From an uncultured Bdellovibrionales bacterium (lineage in GTDB: Bacteria > Patescibacteriota > Minisyncoccia > Moranbacterales > DUUL01), in the NCBI GenBank assembly GCA_964393045.1, contig CAYMRZ010000001.1, positions 2,102 to 41,202 on the forward strand: a stretch of DNA of 39,101 nt, read 5' to 3'. This document shows positions 34,908 to 39,101 of this stretch, piece after piece. The notes beneath the pieces were generated by a model that saw only the letters and a program-made list of their open reading frames with translations, was not told the DNA's origin and ran no database searches. The position numbers and the translations under genes are program-made. The number at the start of each line of letters is the position of its first letter. Position 1 is the first letter of the stretch.

Positions 34908-35768
34908 ATGAAAATATTTAAAAAGATACTTTCCATTCTGTTTTTATTGGCAGTTTTATTTTTTGTTTCTAGAATTGTGGATTTTGATTTTTCAAAATTC
35001 AGCTTAAAGCCGGATATAAAAAAGAAAGAGAAGGCCTTTGTTGAGGAAAAATATCAAACTCCTATTCTCAGAAATGAAGAGCAAGATCAAATCCAAGAAA
35101 GAGAATTCCAGGGGACAGAGCTAGAGATTATCGAATTAGTTAACCAGGCTCGTTTCAAAGAAGAATTGCCAGCGCTTAAAAAAAATGAAAAATTAATGCA
35201 ATCAGCTTTGTTAAAAGCTGAAGATATGAAAGAAAAAAATTATTTTGAGCATGTTTCTCCGGAAGGATTGCAGCCTTGGTTTTTTGCGGAAAAGATAGGC
35301 TATAAATATAAAACATTTGGTGAAAATTTAGCAGAAGGATTTTTTAACTCTCAAAGCGTACATGAAGCTTGGATGAATAGTGCAGGGCATCGGAAAAATA
35401 TTCTAGGAAAAGACTTTGAAGAAATAGGCATTGGCATCACTGGCTTTGAACAAAATGGAATGAAAAGCTATATTATTGTTCAGCATTTCGCTTCCAAGCT
35501 TGCAGAAAAAGATTTGGAACCTCAAGTGGTTTGTGATCAAGATGTAAAAGAAAGCTGTGAAAATGCAAATGAGAAAGAGAAAGAAATAGACGATGTAGTT
35601 GATGAACAAAAGAAGGAGATTAAAAAAGCTAAAAAAGCCGGCGCTTCCAAAGAAGATATAGAGAAAATGGAAGACAACCTGGATGACTTGGAAGAGATGG
35701 ATGACAACATAGATGAATACTTGGATGATTGCGAAAATTATATAAAAAAGTGCGATAAATGGGAATGA
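34908..35768 (+). CDS. CAP/SCP (PR-1-like, YkwD-type) domain protein with N-terminal anchor and acidic C-terminal tail
   Basis: 286 aa with an N-terminal TM. The CAP core has LVNQARFKEELPAL, YFEHVSPEG, GENLAEGF and HEAWMNSAGHRKNIL. The tail is rich in D/E/K. Confidence 0.85.
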   Translation: MKIFKKILSILFLLAVLFFVSRIVDFDFSKFSLKPDIKKKEKAFVEEKYQTPILRNEEQDQIQEREFQGTELEIIELVNQARFKEELPALKKNEKLMQSALLKAEDMKEKNYFEHVSPEGLQPWFFAEKIGYKYKTFGENLAEGFFNSQSVHEAWMNSAGHRKNILGKDFEEIGIGITGFEQNGMKSYIIVQHFASKLAEKDLEPQVVCDQDVKESCENANEKEKEIDDVVDEQKKEIKKAKKAGASKEDIEKMEDNLDDLEEMDDNIDEYLDDCENYIKKCDKWE

Positions 35769-35891
35769 TATGTTGTTTTGACAGTTTATTCTTTCTAGAC
35801 TATTATTAGGTTAAAAGAATTTATAATTCCTGATTATTATATTCAAATGTGTATTAGTGACTTAAGCCCTGACAATTTTTAAGACAAAAAA

Positions 35892-37240
35892 ATGTTACAG
35901 TCGAAACTTTTTGCTCCGATGGCCAAAGAAGCCCCCAAGGACGAGGCTAGCTTAAACGCCCAAATTTTAATCCGGGCTGGTTTTATTGATAAAACATCAG
36001 CCGGTATTTACAGCTTGTTGCCATTAGGTTGGAAAACAACAGTAATTTTAATATTAATACTAAAGTTAGTATTATAGTACCAGTATATAATGTTGAAAAA
36101 TATTTAGAAGACGCTTTATCATCCTTAGTCAATCAAACATTAAAAAACATTGAAAAAATAATCCGCCAAGAAATGAAAAAAATGGGCGGCCAAGAAATTT
36201 TTTTGCCTGCTTTGCATGTCAAGAAAAATTGGGAAATGACGGGACGCTGGGAGAGCTTGGATGTTCTTTTTAAATTAAAGGCAGGAGAAAGGAAGGAATT
36301 TGCCTTAGGGCCGACTCATGAAGAGATCATCACTCCCTTGGTTAAAAAATATATTAATTCTTACCGGGATTTGCCAGTTTATCTTTTTCAATTTCAAAAT
36401 AAGTTCAGGAACGAAAAACGGGCTAAATCTGGTCTAATCCGTGGGAGAGAATTTTTAATGAAAGATTTATACTCTTTCCACAAAAACGAAAAAGATTTAA
36501 ATGATTATTATGAAAAAGCAAAAAAAGCTTACGAAAAAATTTTTGAGCGCTGCGGCCTTGGAGAACGGACTTATTTGACTTATGCTAGTGGCGGAACTTT
36601 TTCAAAATATTCCCATGAATTTCAAACAATAACTGAATCCGGAGAAGATTTAATTTATATTTGCCCGAACTGCAAGGTAGCGATAAACAAGGAAATCCTG
36701 AATGCCCAAAACGCTCAATGCTTGGAATGCGGTAATACTAAGTTAAAAAAGGAGAAAGCTGCTGAGGTGGGCAATATTTTTAAGCTTAAGGATAAATTTA
36801 GCCGGTCTTTTAATTTGAATTATCTAAATCAAAAAGGAGAAAAAAAGCCGGTTTTGATGGGTTGTTACGGGATAGGACTACAAAGAATGCTTGGCACGAT
36901 AGTAGAGGTATGCCATGACGAAAACGGAATTATTTGGCCAGAGCAGGTTGCTCCTTATCAAATTCATTTAATTAGCCTGTTTGGCAATGAAAATAAGAAA
37001 ATTAAGGAATATTCTAGAAATTTGTACCAACAGTTAAAAAACAAAAAAAATAAAGTTCTATGGGATAATCGTGAAGATGTAAAAGCAGGAGTTAAATTTG
37101 CCGAAGCAGATTTAATTGGAAGTCCTTGGAGGTTGGTAGTTAGCGAGAAAACTTTTGCGAATGAAAAGGTTGAAATAAAAAATCGAAATTCTGACCAGTC
37201 AGAGTTACTAGACAAAGAAGAAATTTTAAACAAATTTTAA
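35892..37240 (+). CDS. proS: Proline--tRNA ligase (bacterial type without the INS editing domain), reading frame interrupted by a 101-nt insertion after codon 49
   Basis: Frame A (35892..) gives MLQSKLFAPMAKEAPKDEASLNAQILIRAGFIDKTSAGIYSLLPLGWKT, a typical ProRS N-terminus, and then stops at 36075-36077. Frame B resumes at 36140 with LKNIEKIIRQEM...GPTHEEIIT...REFLMKDLYSFH...GCYGIGLQR plus the anticodon-binding domain. Removing 36039-36139 restores one continuous ProRS ORF. Confidence 0.85.
36039..36139 (+). other. 101-nt insertion in proS flanked by the AAACA direct repeat; encodes a GT2 glycosyltransferase N-terminal fragment
   Basis: AAACA occurs at 36034-36038 and 36135-36139. In the downstream proS frame the insert reads NSNFNINTKVSIIVPVYNVEKYLEDALSSLVNQT, the canonical GT-A/GT2 N-terminus. 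It contains a perfect 9-bp hairpin, TAATACTAA-AG-TTAGTATTA (36055-36074). Confidence 0.8.
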
Positions 37241-37244
37241 TTAG

Positions 37245-38300
37245 ATGTTATTAGATAAATTATTTGGGAAATTTTCAAAAGACATTGGCATTGACTTAGG
37301 CACAGCCAATACTTTAGTTTACGTAAGAGGAAGGGGTATTGTTATTAATGAGCCGTCAGTAGTGGCCTTAAATAAAAAAACCGGCCAAATACTTTCCATA
37401 GGAAAAGAAGCCAAAAAAATGGTTGGCAAAACTCCTTCTCATATTGTGGCCGTTCGACCGCTAGTAGACGGTGTGGTTTCAGATTTTGAAATAACGGAAC
37501 AGATGCTTAAGTATTTTATTGGCAAGGTTCATCAAGACGGTTTTAGTTTTTTAGCTAAACCGAGAATTTTAATTGGAATTCCTTCAGGAGTAACAGAGGT
37601 AGAGAAGCGGGCAGTGATTGATGCAGCTATTAGTGCTGGTGCTAGAGAAGCCTATTTAATTGATGAGCCCATGGCAGCCGCTATTGGCGCTCGCTTGCCT
37701 GTCCAGGATGCCGCTGGCAATATGATAGTGGATATCGGCGGCGGGACCACAGAAGTGGCGGTGATTTCTTTGGGCGGTGTTGTGAGCTGTAAAAGCTTAA
37801 GGATTGCCGGTGATGAAATGAATGAAGATGTAATTCGATTTGCCCGGGACGAGTATAATTTATTGTTAGGGGAAAAAACCGCAGAAGAAATAAAAATTTC
37901 CATTGGCAATGCTTATCAAGGTAATGAAAAACAATTAGCGATAATGCGTGGCCGGGACTTGATCAGCGGCTTGCCGAAAGAAATAAAAATTTCTGATAGT
38001 GAAATGAGAAGGGCTTTATCCCGATCAATTAGAATAATAGTTAATAGTATTCGCTCTACCATTGAAGACACGCCGCCAGAATTAATTGGAGATATCATGC
38101 AGCGAGGAATTATAGTTGCCGGAGGAGGAAGCCTTATAAAGGGCCTGGATAAATTAATAGCCGAACAAACTGAAATGCCAGTTAATCGGATGGAAGATCC
38201 TCTTACTGCCGTAGTTCGTGGCACAGGCATTGTTCTCGAAAACTTAGAAAAATTAGAAGATGTTTTGATTGAAGCGCCGGACGAAAAAAAATTAAGATAG
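37245..38300 (+). CDS. mreB: Rod shape-determining protein MreB
   Basis: 351 aa, actin-like (GIDLGTANT, EPMAAAIGA, DIGGGTTEVAVIS, VAGGGSLIKGL). Confidence 0.95.
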   Translation: MLLDKLFGKFSKDIGIDLGTANTLVYVRGRGIVINEPSVVALNKKTGQILSIGKEAKKMVGKTPSHIVAVRPLVDGVVSDFEITEQMLKYFIGKVHQDGFSFLAKPRILIGIPSGVTEVEKRAVIDAAISAGAREAYLIDEPMAAAIGARLPVQDAAGNMIVDIGGGTTEVAVISLGGVVSCKSLRIAGDEMNEDVIRFARDEYNLLLGEKTAEEIKISIGNAYQGNEKQLAIMRGRDLISGLPKEIKISDSEMRRALSRSIRIIVNSIRSTIEDTPPELIGDIMQRGIIVAGGGSLIKGLDKLIAEQTEMPVNRMEDPLTAVVRGTGIVLENLEKLEDVLIEAPDEKKLR

Positions 38301-38304
38301 AAAA

Positions 38305-39101
38305 ATGGTTAAACTAAATTCAAAAACAAAATATTTTTGGTTTTTCTTATTGTTTCTTTTATTAGTAGTAATAGTTATTCGGGCTAATCAAGGAAAGCCT
38401 CCTGCGAGCAATATAATACATGGATTTTCCTCTCCTGTTGCTAAATTTTTTTCTGCAGTCGGTTTTTGGTGTTCTGAAAAAATTGATTTTATATTTTCTA
38501 TCGGCAATTTAAAAGAAGAGAATGAACAACTACTAAAGGAAAACGTTAGGCTGAAATTTACTTTAGCTGATTACAAGGATATCGAAAAAGAAAACGAACA
38601 ATTAAGAAGAGAGCTGAATTTAAAACCTCGAGTAGATTACCAGATGGAGCCCGCATTAGTAATCGGAGAAGACATCAGTAATCGTTCCGAAATGATAATA
38701 ATAGACAAGGGCTCTAGAGATGGCCTTTGGGAAGGAGCACCGGTTTTGTTGGAAAAGGGAATTTTGATTGGACAAGTCAAAAAGATTTATTCAAATCAGT
38801 CAGAAGTAGAGCTTATTCTTAGTCAAAGAAAAAATATAAACGCAGAAATTGAAGAAAGTTCGGAGCGGGGGATTGTCCATGGAGAATATGGTACTTCAGT
38901 AGTAATGGATATGATTCCTCAAACGGTAGAGGTCAAGAAGGGAGACACTGTTATAACTTCAGGCCTAAGTGATAATATTCCCAGAGGATTGCTAATCGGC
39001 TATGTGAAAGAAATAACTCCCGCAGCCGATCAGCTTTTTCAAAAAGCCTCTCTTAATCTTCCTCTGGATTTAAATAAAATTAGGCTGGTTTGGGTAATTA
39101 A
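38305..39101 (+). CDS. mreC: Rod shape-determining protein MreC (3' end off-window; not in the ORF track because no stop is reached)
   Basis: ATG 38305 lies 4 nt after the mreB stop. My translation is MVKLNSKTKYFWFFLLFLLLVV..., followed by the coiled-coil LKEENEQLLKENVRLK and then GDTVITSGLSDNIPRGLLIGYV, typical of MreC. The frame stays open to the window end. Confidence 0.85.
   Translation, partial: MVKLNSKTKYFWFFLLFLLLVVIVIRANQGKPPASNIIHGFSSPVAKFFSAVGFWCSEKIDFIFSIGNLKEENEQLLKENVRLKFTLADYKDIEKENEQLRRELNLKPRVDYQMEPALVIGEDISNRSEMIIIDKGSRDGLWEGAPVLLEKGILIGQVKKIYSNQSEVELILSQRKNINAEIEESSERGIVHGEYGTSVVMDMIPQTVEVKKGDTVITSGLSDNIPRGLLIGYVKEITPAADQLFQKASLNLPLDLNKIRLVWVI

Noticed and set aside
36029-37240. 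A genuine GT2-ProRS fusion protein starting at TTG 36029
   Set aside because: The GT2-like part is only about 35 residues and lacks the DxD and acceptor regions. The 49 codons just upstream in another frame are the missing ProRS N-terminus. Removing exactly 101 nt restores a colinear ProRS.

Overview
AT-rich window (about 30% G+C by eye) that looks like a chromosomal core region of a small-genome, uncultivated bacterium. A Patescibacteria/CPR-like origin is an inference only. It rests on weak or absent Shine-Dalgarno sites, most tRNA genes lacking encoded CCA, membrane-anchored Clp-like ATPases, and many small membrane ORFs. TGA is a stop codon here (standard code).

Gene content, left to right:
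- Envelope and metal genes: GT39-like glycosyltransferase, esterase, GT4, and a CDF transporter fused to a NifX-like domain.
- recG (-), tRNA-Lys, gyrB, Nudix, DUF3800, gap, and a Clp-like AAA+ ATPase.
- A division/cell-wall cluster, murD ... mltG-ftsW-ftsA-ftsZ with convergent ddl. An accessory block of hypothetical membrane proteins splits this cluster.
- A visibly G+C-richer islet around tRNA-Asp.
- Cyclophilin, typA, a composite tRNA locus, a CAP-domain protein, proS, mreB, and mreC (3' end off-window).

I see no transposase, integrase, reverse transcriptase, CRISPR array or recognisable defence or toxin genes.

The unusual content is small-scale:
1. A complete tRNA-Arg(TCG) sits on a GC-rich stalk inside the anticodon loop of a second tRNA.
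2. All three tRNA loci carry partial tRNA copies joined to perfect GC-rich hairpins. Two loci share the motif CCTGCCCGCC...AGGCGGG.
3. The essential proS gene is broken by a 101-nt out-of-frame insertion. The insertion is flanked by an AAACA direct repeat and encodes a canonical GT2 glycosyltransferase N-terminus.

Together these suggest either a recurrent about 40-100-nt templated-insertion or micro-element process, or an RNA-level or translational workaround. They could also be assembly artefacts. All structural claims are hand-folded and hand-aligned and need computational confirmation.
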